Shown here: piece by piece, positions 23,301 through 35,600 of the stretch
How the letters are laid out: every line of letters begins with the position of its first letter
How positions within the stretch are numbered: position 1 is the stretch's first letter
Origin: Macrostomum lignano
Lineage: Eukaryota
Reading direction: 5' to 3'
Assembly (NCBI GenBank): GCA_002269645.1
Contig: NIVC01001998.1
Coordinates: forward strand, 67,769-131,768
DNA: 64,000 nt
Translations under genes and position numbers: made by a program
The notes under the pieces: model-generated
What the model was told of the DNA's origin: nothing
Database searches by the model: none
Seen by the model: the letters and a program-made list of their open reading frames with translations, nothing else

Positions 23301-25536
23301 CAGGGGCTTTAGCAGCAGAGGCTTTAGCACCAGGGGCTTTAGCCATCTCATTTTTTCCAGCCGAATTCGCTCTTCTCCATGTCGCCCCTGGCTGCAATCC
23401 CCTGTCCTTTAAGCCAAAGTATGCAGAGCCAGATGTGGAAAAACTCAATCCGCAGGCACAACCCGTCGCATGTCGGGCAACCGGATGTGCAACGTGAATC
23501 ACGGAGGCGAGCCCTTAGCCAACTGGAACTCGCCCGTGAACACCTGCCAACCCGACCCGAAATCGCACGGCGGCTATAATTGTACCTGTGTTTCGCCATT
23601 CTACCGGCTGATTTACCTGGAGACGGACAATTGCCTGGGCGCTCGTCGGGCCTGCGACGCTGAGCTGTGCATCAACGGCGAGTGCGTCTCAACGCCCGAC
23701 AAGATGACCGCCAGCTCGTGCCGCTGCAGCCCCGGCTGGGCCGGCTCGCTATGCGACGTCCAGTTGGAGGACTGGAGCGTCTGGACCGGCTGCCGGCCTG
23801 TCTGCGGCGTCAACCGGACTCGACAGCGCCGGAGGCGCGGCGATAGGCGCCAATACGACCGAGTGTACGTGGAGACGGAGCTCTGCCCGAGCAGGTGGGC
23901 GCTTTCATATTTTTTTACTAAATCTTGGTGTTATACACTGGCTGACAAGCAGCCTCGTTGCAGCCAGCTTACAACAGGAGTCACAGGGACCTCTAGCCAG
24001 AGCCTCTGTAGCTGGCGCCCCCTCTGTAGCTGGCGCCCCCTCTGTAGCTGGCGCCCCCCTCTGTAGCTGGCGCCCCCTCTGTAGCTGGCGCCCCCTCTGT
24101 AGCTGGCGCCCCCTCTGTAGCTGGCGCCCCCTCTGTAGCTGGCGCCCCCTCTGTAGCTGGCGCCCCCTCTGTAGCTGGCGCCCCCCTCTGTAGCTGGCGC
24201 CCCTCTGTAGCTGGCGCCCCCTCTGTAGCTGGCGCCCCTCTGTAGCTGGCGCCCCCTCTGTAGCTGGCGCCCCCTCTGTAGCTGGCACCCCCTCTGTAGC
24301 TGGCGCCCCCTCTGTAGCTGGCGCCCCCTCTGTAGCTGGCGCCCCCCTCTGTAGCTGGCGCCCCCTCTGTAGCTGGCGCCCCTCTGTAGCTGGCGCCCCC
24401 TCTGTAGCTGGCGCCCCCTCTGTAGCTGGCGCCCCCTCTGTAGCTGGCGCCCCTCTGTAGCTGGCGCCCCCTCTGTAGCTGGCGCCCCCTCTGTAGCTGG
24501 CGCCCCCTCTGTAGGTGGCGCTCCCTCTGTAGCTGGCGCCCCCTCTGTAGCTGGCGCCCCCTCTGTAGCTGGCGCCCCCCTCTGTAGCTGGCGCCCCCCT
24601 CTGTAGCTGGCGCCCCCCTCTGTAGCTGGCGCCCCCTCTGTAGCTGGCGCCCCCTCTGTAGCTGGCGCCCCCCTCTGTAGCTGGCGCCCCCCTCTGTAGC
24701 TGGCGCCCCCCTCTGTAGCTGGCGCCCCCCTCTGTAGCTGGCGCCCCCTCTGTAGCTGGCGCCCCCCTCTGTAGCTGGCGCCCCCTCTGTAGCTGGCGCC
24801 CCCTCTGTAGCTGGCGCCCCCTCTGTAGCTGGCGCCCCCCTCTGTAGCTGGCGCCCCCCCTCTGTAGCTGGCGCCCCCTCTGTAGCTGGCGCCCCCTCTG
24901 TAGCTGGCGCCCCCTCTGTAGCTGGCGCCCCCTCTGTAGCTGGCGCCCCCTCTGTAGCTGGCGCTCTGTAGCTGGCGCCCCCCTCTGTAGCTGGCGCCCC
25001 CTCTGTAGCTGGCGCCCCCTCTGTAGCTGGCGCCCCCTCTGTAGCTGTCTGTAGCTGGCGCCCCCTCTGTAGCTGGCGCCCCCCTCTGGCTGTAGCTGGC
25101 GCCCCCCTCTGTAGCTGGCGCCCCCTCTGTAGCTGGCGCCCCCTCTGTAGCTGGCGCCCCCTCTGTAGCTGGCGCCCCCTCTGTAGCTGGCGCCCCCTCT
25201 GTAGCTGGCGCCCCCCTCTGTAGCTGGCGCCCCCTCTGTAGCTGGCGCCCCCCTCTGTAGCTGGCGCCCCCTCTGTAGCTGGCGCCCCCCTCTGTAAGCT
25301 AGAAACGGTACGTCTTTTCACTATCAGAAGGGTTGGCGTGCAAACTGCCGAATTTCAGGTCCTGCTACGCCGACACGAATGATCTGGAGTACTCGGCCTA
25401 CCAGACGCTGACCCACGCCACTAGCGCGGATGCCGCCGCCCTCACGGGCTGCGCACTGCTGGCTTTGCTCAGCTTTGTTGGCTTGCGATTCTGGCAGCCT
25501 CGATTTGCTGCCGTTGAGGGACAGCCAGCAAGCTGA
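20317..25536 (+). CDS. Secreted/GPI-anchored-type protein with EGF-like repeats and a thrombospondin type-1 motif
   Basis: Exons 20317-20703, 21167-21684, 22242-22501, 23456-23894 and ~25328-25536. Hydrophobic N-terminus. EGF motifs CRCRPGFVGVFC, CTCVSPF, CINGEC..CRCSPGWAGSLC. TSP1 motif WSVWTGCRPVCG..RTRQR. Hydrophobic C-terminal tail. Phase of the last junction is unresolved. Confidence 0.8.
21715..22150. repeat. Degenerate ~35-40-bp minisatellite (tgaccttgaa..cttatcaaag), intronic
   Basis: Recurrent gaccttgaa core. Confidence 0.85.
22605..23345. repeat. 15-bp minisatellite (ggggctttagcagca), intronic
   Basis: Direct reading. Confidence 0.97.
24005..25296. repeat. 18-21-bp minisatellite (ctgtagctggcg-Cn-t) with variable C-run, intronic
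   Basis: Direct reading. Confidence 0.97.
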
Positions 25537-26104
25537 TGTTTGCAGCGGGGCTTCAAACGTCTTCGTCTTCAAGTTCATGAAATTGACTAATGGAACCAGC
25601 TAATTGGTTTGTCAAATTTGTTTAAAAATTGAACAATTTATTTAAGTCCTCCTTGCGTTGTAAGTTGTCTTATAAACATTAATTGTTAGTCGTAAGTTTA
25701 TAATCACACGAGTTCTGTTGATATTTAGACAGGTTTTTAATCAATATTTCGGATTCATCAATTTAATACAACCGTGAGAAACTCAAAAAACAGAGAAAAT
25801 GGTGACTTCCTTTGCTTTTGTCTTTTTGTTTGCTTTTCTCGAACTTCGTAACTGCATGTGACTTGATGGATTCAATCTAAATAAGTCACTGATTTTTTCT
25901 GCTTATTTTTGTTAAATTTTTGCTTCATCAAAAGCCAGAGAGATCGGCAGCCAAGGTACTTTGATTATACATACTTATTTTATTTGCTTGCAGTGGGAGC
26001 TCCTTTTGTTGTAGCAGTGTCAGTTAATTGGTTGCAACCGCAGAAACTATAGTAAAAGTATGCCACCTGCAAAAATACGCTCATCTAGCTCGTACCGGTA
26101 CTCT

Positions 26105-26560
26105 TTCTTAGTAGCGAAATTACCAAAAATATAGTGAAAATTTATTTACATTTTACAGGATATTAAAAGTTTTTGAAGCTGTAACAGTCGCCTCTGGCTT
26201 CTCTATTAAGCAGACCCATCAAATTAGCATATTCATCCTGTTTTACCGACTGCCTCAGAATTGAAATAATAAAAAATGAATCTATTTAAAACTGAAAAAT
26301 TTAGAAAACTTAAAAGCCAAATCCAGTGCGAGTGCATAGCGAGCAAGAGAGAAAAGGGGTGGCGCCCCAGCCCTCAGCCAGGCCGATAAGCAGTTTGGCT
26401 TTTCTCTTGCCCGCTTGTGTCTTTGACCTCTCTCTCCTTACTGCTCTCTCATTGGCTGAGCCAGATTGGACCTGCCCCCTAGGCTTAATTTCGTCCGTCT
26501 GACTTTGATCTCTCCCCTTACTGCTCTCTCATTGGCTGATCGAGCTAGATTGGACACTGC
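26105..26560. repeat. Dispersed repeat, copy 2
   Basis: Shares atagcgagcaagagagaaaag, gcccgcttgtgtctttgacct and ccttactgctctctcattggc blocks with copy 1. Confidence 0.8.
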
Positions 26561-26661
26561 GCACACGAACTAGATTTTCTAATTCTTTTAAAAGTTTAAT
26601 TGCAAGGGACACATCTAGTTGTCCTAGCATCTGTGGTTGCAACATGCTGGCAAGATGCCAG

Positions 26662-29600
26662 TTACCAAGGCGCAAACATTGCCACAATCATTACCATTAC
26701 AGACGCAGCAAGGCTGCACTTTTTTCGGCTGCAACTGTTATTTCGATCGTCGTCGAGATTAACGTCGACAACATCGATTCCCAGATGTTGCAGCTCAGCC
26801 GTGGTTGGCACCGCTGTTGGATTGTCCAATTCAATCACGTTAGACGCTAAGCCGGTAACGTTGGCAGCGGAAATCGCCGTCACAGCTAGGAAGGTTTGGC
26901 TTAAACCGAGCGAACTAACTTGACTGAAGATGTTTGCGGATGCTTTTGGCGTTCTAAGTAGCTCCTGTGCGATTGAAAAGTTATTACCTAGCAACTGGCC
27001 AGGCGATGCAGCGAAACGAACCGAGTAAGCTGGTACGTCTGTTGGTTGAATTGAGACGAACAATTTCTAGTCGAATATAACGAGTTACAAATTTTCGACA
27101 ATAGAAAAACGAATACTGTTTTAATGACCACGATTCGTTGAAGAAAATCGAGTGTTCAAATTTGGTCCAAGAGTAACAAAATTCCTGTCTCTCTAAGTTT
27201 AATGGGAAACGAAACTTCTAATAGTAAACTTTTACAACCTTGTAATTATTATTTCTTCTAAAACTATTCGGGTTTGGTTTTAGTTGCGACCTTTTTTACT
27301 GTTGTTGTTCTATCATTTTTATTTGAAATTTGCGATTATCCTAGAAGTATAGCTGGCAATATTGAAACTAAGTGATGACATGACATGACATACTTGGACC
27401 GTCCGATTGTCCTGATGGATCTTCAACTGCCGTCCAGGATAGAAGCACAGTTCTGGTCGAGACGCTAACGCTCAATCTGAGGTCCGTGATCCGAACAGGC
27501 GCTGTCAGGCTCTTTTCAAAGCTCGGATTGCTATTAGCAACCGTCAGTTTGCCGGCTGAAGCAACCCGACTGAGCGGTGAGGTGCAAATTATTGAAACAG
27601 AATAGTCGCGAGAGATACTCACAGCGTCGGCTGGTATGTAACCGGAGTAAGTGCCGTCGTTTGCCTTCAGATCGGCTCCTGAATTGGTGTTAAAAGGTGA
27701 CTGATTTTAGTTTATTCGTTTAGAAAGCAAGGTCACAGGATAATTTTCCTCATTTTCAAGTTGGTATTTCAATATTCTATCATCAAGCTCATCAGATAAA
27801 TATAGCCCTCAAGAAAAACAAGACCTAGCAAAGTTTTCTAGCTTATATAGGAAATTTTCGCCCCCGTCGCAACCTACCGGCCCCATTGTCTGTCAGATTA
27901 AATCGAGCCACTCGACCTTCGTTTGACCTGACAGCGGCAAACAGCCGAGCCCCGGCAACCGGAGTGTAGCCTCGCATCAAGCGAGCATAAACGCCTATCA
28001 GTGTGCTCTCCGTCACTGCCTGCACCCAGTCTGGGATAACGTCACCGCTGAGCGTAGTGGGCAGATCCGCAGTTTCAGTAGCCGATACTGCAGGCGCTGG
28101 CCTCCCAGTAACGACAACCAGGCCGCTCCTGACGGTGTCAGCTTGCCTTCTGAATCGTCGGTAAACCCGGCGTCGCTGCCAGACCGAACTCGACGTAGCC
28201 GCCAGGTTTTCCAGCGACCAACGGCCAATCTAATTTTCACAATTGAAGCATTATAATAAAAAACTACTTCCTATACGACTTTCTGTCAGGCGGTACATGT
28301 AGTTCCGAGAGGACAGACAACTCACCACAATATCCTTGTCAGGAATCCGCACAGACACGGTGCCTGAAGCTGTGTCCACCGTGCAGGCACTGTTATCGCC
28401 AGCTCCGCTGCAGTTGAAGGACTTGCCGTTCGGCGATCGAACCATCAGCCGCAAGCTGGCCGCCGAGGCGGGCTCGGCGGGGAAGGACAGCACGAAAGCG
28501 AGGTCGCGACGAATCGACGAGTCGACATTGAATTCTAGACGACGTTGAAAATTTGGCCGGACCTCCTGAGTAGCCAGCTGAGGTAGTTTGTTAGGGGTAT
28601 TGCGTATTATTAATATGTTCTCTGAAAGGCGTCCAGAAGTGTTCACACTATATCTGTGACTTGGAGGATGGCTCTTATGGGCGTGAATCATGGTAGAGCA
28701 GCTTCGGGTGAATCGGCAGAATTGCCTCAGCGCTGGCTATGGACGATGACACCGAAGGTGAAGGCGTATGCCAGGGTGCCCACAGTTTGCTCTGCAACTC
28801 ACGGTGATGACTCTATCAGCAGCAGCCACCGCGGATGTGGTGCCGCCCAGCGACAGCCGCAGTCCCGCAGCCGCCAGCCCACCAGCGGCGTCGGCGCCGG
28901 CCGCTTCGCCAAAAAACTGACGACCTCCGGTGACATCGGCCAGACGCGACATCCGAGTGTCAGCTTGGTCGCCGTAGCGAACGGACACGACCTCCAGGCT
29001 GCTGGCAGCCAGTGCATTAATCGTCGCATCTAAAACGCCATCGCAGCCTTCTTCGCCGTCTGACAGGAGAATAATTTGTCCCGTAGAGCGACGATTCGGA
29101 CGATGCGGATTCACGCCTAGCAGCTGGTTGGCGAGGGGTTTTGTTTCTGGCATGGAGTCAACAGGTGATAAATCATTCGATGACTTCCCATGCATTGATC
29201 TGTAGTATACACCATCTACACCCCTGGTGCTGGCGCCCCTGGTGCTGGCGCCCCTGGTGCTGGCGCCCCTGGTGCTGGCGCCCCTGGTGCTGGCGCCCCT
29301 GGTGCTGGCGCCCCTGGTGCTGGCGCCCCTGGTGCTGGCGCCCCTGGTGCTGGCGCCCCTGGTGCTGGCGCCCCTGGTGCTGGCGCCCCTGGTGCTGGCG
29401 CCCCTGGTGCTGGCGCCCCTGGTGCTGGCGCCCCTGGTGCTGGCGCCCCTGGTGCTGGCGCCCCTGGTGCTGGCGCCCCTGGTGCTGGCGCCCCTGGTGC
29501 TGGCGCCCCTGGTGCTGGCGCCCTGGTGCTGGCGCCCCTGGTGCTGGCGCCCCTGGTGCTGGCGCCCCTGGTGCTGGCGCCCCTGGTGCTGGCGCCCCTG

Positions 29601-32600
29601 GTGCTGGCGCCCCTGGTGCTGGCGCCCCTGGCTGGCGCCCTGGTGCTGGCGCCCCTGGTGCTGGCGCCCCTGGTGCTGGCGCCCCTGGTGCTGGCGCCCC
29701 TGGTGCTGGCGCCCTGGTGCTGGCGCCCCTGGTGCTGGCGCCCCTGGTGCTGGCGCCCCTGGTGCTGGCGCCCCTGGTGCTGGCGCCCCTGGTGCTGGCG
29801 CCCCTGGTGCTGGCGCCCCTGGTGCTGGCTCCCCTGGTGCTCAACCTGGTGCTAAAGCCCCTGGTGCTAAACCTGTTGCTGGCGCCCCTGGTGCTAAACC
29901 TGGTGCTAAAGCCCCTGGTGCTAAACCTGTTGCTGGCGCCCCTGGTGCTAAACCTGGTGCTAAAGCTCCTGATGCTTAAACCAGGTGCTAAAGCCCCTGA
30001 TGCTTAAGCTAGGTGCTAAAGCCCCTGGTGTTAAACCTGGTGCTAAAGCCCCTGGTGTTAAACCTGGTGCTAAAGCCCCTGATGCTAAACCTGGTGCTAA
30101 AGCCCCTGGTGCTGGCGCTCCTGTTGCTAAGTAGCTCGTAGCTTGTACATTACACAACACAGTAATTCTCCCTCACCTGCATAGCCCGCTGAACAGCTCC
30201 ACCAATGCAGGTGCCACCTTTTGCCTTCAGGCCAGAGACAGCTTGCGCCAGTCGCTGTCTTGCAGCCGGTGAATCAATCGTTAGAAAATTTACCAGCACA
30301 GTGGCTTTTCTGTTGAAGCTGATCAGTGCGCACTCTGCTCCATTTTCCAGTACCTCAGTTAGGAACTGGTTGACTGCACCGATCATGTTGCTGATGCGGC
30401 TGTCCTGCGTGGTTCGATGGCGAATCTCTGTGTATTTTGGATTATATTTCGGTAATCTGAGGGTACCTTTAAAAAGGACGAATCTCGGGAGTACCTTAGT
30501 GAAGAATCTCGGGAGTATCTCATGGTAAGGAATCTCGGGGTTTGGTGACGAATCTCGGGGTATCTTGGTGACGAATCTCGGGAGTACCTTATGACGAATC
30601 TCGGGAGTATCTGGTACGAATCTCGGGAGTATCTTGGTACGAATCTCGGGAGTATCTTGGTGACGAATCTCGGGGTATCTTGGTGACGAATCTCGGGAGT
30701 ATCTTGGTGACGAATCTCGGGTATCTTGGTGACGAATCTCGGGAGTATCTTGGTGACGAATCTCGGGAGTATCTTGGTGACGAATCTCGGGAGTATCTTG
30801 GTGACGAATCTCGGGAGTATCTTGGTGACAAATCTCGGGAGTATCTTGGTGACAAATCTCGGGGTATCTTGGTGACAAATCTCGGGGTATCTTGGTGACA
30901 AATCTCGGGGTATCTTGGTGACGAACCTCAGGGTATCTTGGTGGCTAATATCGGGGTATATTGGTGACGAATCTGTGGGTATCTTAGTGGCGAATCTCGG
31001 GGTATCTTTGAAGTGACTCTTGTGGTATCTTTTTAGCTGCATTTATACTCACGCTACCCATGCTGCCTGAGGTATCCATGACAACCACCACGCGTCGCTT
31101 TTCAGACTCGGCTACCAGCTGAAATCGAACCCCAGAATCATCGGCCGGTCCACTTCTCGGGCCGTCAACATCTCTTTGAAAATCTTCGTGCATCCTGACA
31201 ATCTCAGCCGCGCTCAGGCCTCCGCAGTGCCTGTTGAGCAGATTGTCGGCGCCTCTGTTGTGCACCAGCTTGGGATTCGATACCCGACTGACGGAGTCGC
31301 AGAATGCAGCGACCCCGGAGCTGTAGGGCGCGAATAAGAATGATGCAGCGTTTGAGTCCGGCAGCTCCGTCACCTCTATGCTGCAGTTGTCGCTCAGCTG
31401 TTTCGTGTCAGCATTGAAGGCGCAGCGGCGACTGGCACCGTTGCCTGCGGGAACTCGCAGCTCAGTTTGCAGAGCCGGGCTGCAGGATGCTGTCCTGTAC
31501 TGGCGAGTGCTAGCAGAAGTGGCCACGGTCTGCAGCAGGCTGCCTAATGGGGCCTCGCTCAACAGGCCCCAGCGGTATTGCGAGAAGTACAGGGCGAGGC
31601 GCCGGCCCACTGTGAGTAATTATCAGGGGGGGGGCATTGTTGGTTGAGTTCAGGTTGGAAGTTTGTCAGCTTTGCGATTGGCAAGATAGAGACTCAAGGT
31701 GAAAATTTCAGAGTCAACGTGTCATGGTGTCAGGGCTCCATCATCCTCTGCTCCCTCATCCTCCACTCCCTCATCCTCTGCTCCCTCATCCTCTGCTCCC
31801 TCATCCTCCACTCCCTCATCCTCCACTCCCTCATCCTCTGCTCCCTCATCCTCCACTCCCTCATCCTCCACTCCCTCATCCTCCACTCCCTCATCCTCCA
31901 CTCCCTCATCCTCCACTCCCTCATCCTCCACTCCCTCATCCTCTGCTCCCTCATCCTCCACTCCCTCATCCTCCACTCCCTCATCCTCTGCTCCCTCATC
32001 CTCTGCTCCCTCATCCTCTGCTCCCTCATCCTCCACTCCCTCATCCTCCACTCCCTCATCCTCTGCTCCCTCATCCTCTGCTCCCTCATCCTCCACTCCC
32101 TCATCCTCCACTCCCTCATCCTCCACTCCCTCATCCTCCACTCCCTCATCCTCCACTCCCTCATCCTCCACTCCCTCATCCTCTGCTCCCTCATCCTCTG
32201 CTCCCTCATCCTCTGCTCCCTCATCCTCCACTCCCTCATCCTCCACTCCCTCATCCTCCACTCCCTCATCCTCCACTCCCTCATCCTCCACTCCCTCATC
32301 CTCCACTCCCTCATCCTCTGCTCCCTCATCCTCTGCTCCCTCATCCTCTGCTCCCTCATCCTCTGCTCCCTCATCCTCCACTCCCTCATCCTCCACTCCC
32401 TCATCCTCTGCTCCCTCATCCTCCACTCCCTCATCCTCTGCTCCCTCATCCTCTGCTCCCTCATCCTCTGCTCCCTCATCCTCCACTCCCTCATCCTCCA
32501 CTCCCTCATCCTCTGCTCCCTCATCCTCCACTCCCTCATCCTCTGCTCCCTCATCCTCTGCTCCCTCATCCTCTGCTCCCTCATCCTCTGCTCCCTCATC

Positions 32601-35600
32601 CTCCACTCCCTCATCGTCCACTCCCTCATCCTCTGCTCCCTCATCCTCTGCTCCCTCATCCTCTGCTCCCTCATCCTCTGCTCCCTCATCCTCCACTCCC
32701 TCATCCTCCACTCCCTCATCCTCCACTCCCTCATCCTCCACTCCCTCATCCTCTGCTCCCTCATCCTCCACTCCCTCATCCTCCACTCCCTCATCCTCCA
32801 CTCCCTCATCCTCCACTCCCTCATCCTCTGCTCCCTCATCCTCTGCTCTCTCATCCTCTGCTCCCTCATCCTCTGCTCCCTCATCCTCCACTCCCTCATC
32901 CTCTGCTCCCTCATCCTCTGCTCCCTCATCCTCTGCTCCCTCATCCTCTGCTCCCTCATCCTCCACTCCCTCATCCTCTGCTCCCTCATCCTCTGCTCCC
33001 TCATCCTCTGCTCCCTCATCCTCTGCTCCCTCATCCTCTGCTCCCTCATCCTCTGCTCCCTCATCCTCTGCTCCCTCATCCTCTGCTCCCTCATCCTCTG
33101 CTCCCTCATCCTCCACTCCCTCATCCTCCACTCCCTCATCCTCTGCTCCCTCATCCTCTGCTCCCTCATCCTCTGCTCCCTCATCCTCCACTCCCTCATC
33201 CTCCACTCCCTCATCCTCCACTCCCTCATCCTCCACTCCCTCATCCTCCACTCCCTCATCCTCCACTCCCTCATCCTCCACTCCCTCATCCTCCACTCCC
33301 TCATCCTCTGCTCCCTCATCCTCTGCTCCCTCATCCTCTGCTCCCTCATCCTCCACTCCCTCATCCTCCACTCCCTCATCCTCCACTCCCTCATCCTCCA
33401 CTCCCTCATCCTTCACTCGCTCATCCTCCACTCCCTCATCCTCTGCTCCCTCATCCTCTGCTCCCTCATCCTCTGCTCCCTCATCCTCTGCTCCCTCATC
33501 CTCTGCTCCCTCATCCTCCACTCCCTCATCCTCCACTCCCTCATCCTCTGCTCCCTCATCCTCCACTCCCTCATCCTCTGCTCCCTCATCCTCAGCTCCC
33601 TCATCCTCTGCTCCCTCATCCTCTCTCATCCTCACTCCTCATCACTCCCTCATCCTCTGCTCCCTCATCCTCTGCTCCCTCATCCTCTGCTCCCTCATCC
33701 TCTGCTCCCTCATCCTCCACTCCCTCATCCTCACTCCCTCATCCTCCACTCCCTCATCCTCCACTCCCTCATCCTCTGCTCCCTCATCCTCCACTCCCTC
33801 ATCCTCCACTCCCTCATCCTCCACTCCCTCATCCTCCACTCCCTCATCCTCTGCTCCCTCATCCTCTGCTCTCTCATCCTCTGCTCCCTCATCCTCTGCT
33901 CCCTCATCCTCACTCCCTCATCCTCTGCTCCCTCATCCTCTGCTCCCTCATCCTCTGCTCCCTCATCCTCTGCTCCCTCATCCTCCACTCCCTCATCCTC
34001 TGCTCCCTCATCCTCTGCTCCCTCATCCTCTGCTCCCTCATCCTCTGCTCCCTCATCCTCTGCTCCCTCATCCTCTGCTCCCTCATCCTCCACTCCCTCA
34101 TCCTCCACTCCCTCATCCTCCACTCCCTCATCCTCCACTCCCTCATCCTCTGCTCCCTCATCCTCCACTCCCTCATCCTCCACTCCCTCATCCTCTGCTC
34201 CCTCATCCTCTGCTCCCTCATCCTTCCCTCCTTCATCCTCCGCTCCTTCATCCTCCTCCCTTGCATCCTTCACTCCTCTGTTCCTTCCCTAGCTTTGCAG
34301 GTAAATAAAATGTATAGCCCCTTTTTAATACCTACAGTTACTACTAAAGGTTACTAAACTAAGTAGTCACACTAGGATTCACTTTTCATGACACACTCTA
34401 AGTGAGGTGGCAGAGTCACACCATGGAATCTGAGAGTCACACCATGGAATCTGGGAGTCACACCATGAAATCTGAGGGTCACATCATGGAATCGAGAGTC
34501 ACACCATAGAATCTGAGTGAGGTGGCAGAGAGTCGCACCATGGAATCTGAGATGCACACCATGGAATCTGAGATTCACACCATGGAATCTGAGATGCACA
34601 CCATGGAATCTGAGATTCACACCATGGAATCTGAGATGCACACCATGGAATCTGGGAGTCACACCATGAAATCTGAGGGTCACATCATGGAATCGAGAGT
34701 CACACCATAGAATCTGAGTGAGGTGGCAGAGAGTCGCACCATGGAATCTGAGAGTCACACCATAGAATCCGAGTGAGGTGGCAGCGAGTCACACCATAGA
34801 ATCTGAGTGAGGTGGCAGAGAGTCGCACCATGGAATCTGAGAGTCACACCATAGAATCCGAGTGAGGTGGCAGCGAGTCACACCATAGAATCTGAGTGAG
34901 GTATCAGGGTGCACCACTTGCCCAGCAATGGTCACTAAGACTCACAATTATCGCTATTCTGAGGCTCCAAACTCTCTGTCGCAAGCAGCACTCGCAGCGC
35001 AGGCCTTGCGCAGCCGGCCACCACAGATTCCGGACCCTCATTCCCCATAGCCAGATCCGGACTGGCAAAGAAATCCGCTCTGTCGCGCCTGTGCCAGTCG
35101 GCTGGAAGCGGGTGCAGCCGGGAGCCTCGGGGGTACACTTGGGCGAGTTGGCGACCTAGTCGAGCCGACACCAGCACGCTGACGTCCCCGAAGCTCAGTC
35201 GGCATCCAACTTGTTCAGTGAGAGATGCCAAAATGCCAGAGGCTTGCTCAAAGCCTGCCTGATTTTGGAAAAGGAAAAGTACATGATGATACAAGTTCAA
35301 GCTACACAAAGCGGTACTCTCTCAGCTACACAAAGCGGCACTCTCTCAGCTACACAAAGCGGCACTCTCTCAGCTACACAAAATGGCACTCTCTCAGCTA
35401 CACAAAGTGGCACTCTCAGCTACACAAAGTGGCACTCTCAGCTACACAAAGTGGCACTCTCTCAGCTACACAAAGTGGCACTCTCTCAGCTACACAAAGT
35501 GGCACTCTCTCAGCTACACAAAGTGGCACTCTCTCAGCTACACAAAGTGGCACTCTCAGCTACACAAAGTGGCACTCTCTCAACTACACAAAGTGGCACT

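Noticed and set aside
27570-27625. Possible extra intron in CLCA exon 8 (GTGAGT...CTCAG)
   Set aside because: Splicing it out creates an early stop, and the retained frame gives RDYSVSII, which matches CLCA GRYSVKV
31644-34357. 600-880 aa ORFs in several frames (SSSAP/PHPLL/EDEGA repeats)
   Set aside because: Translations of a stop-free 15-bp minisatellite inside a CLCA intron; open on both strands, no start context or splice support
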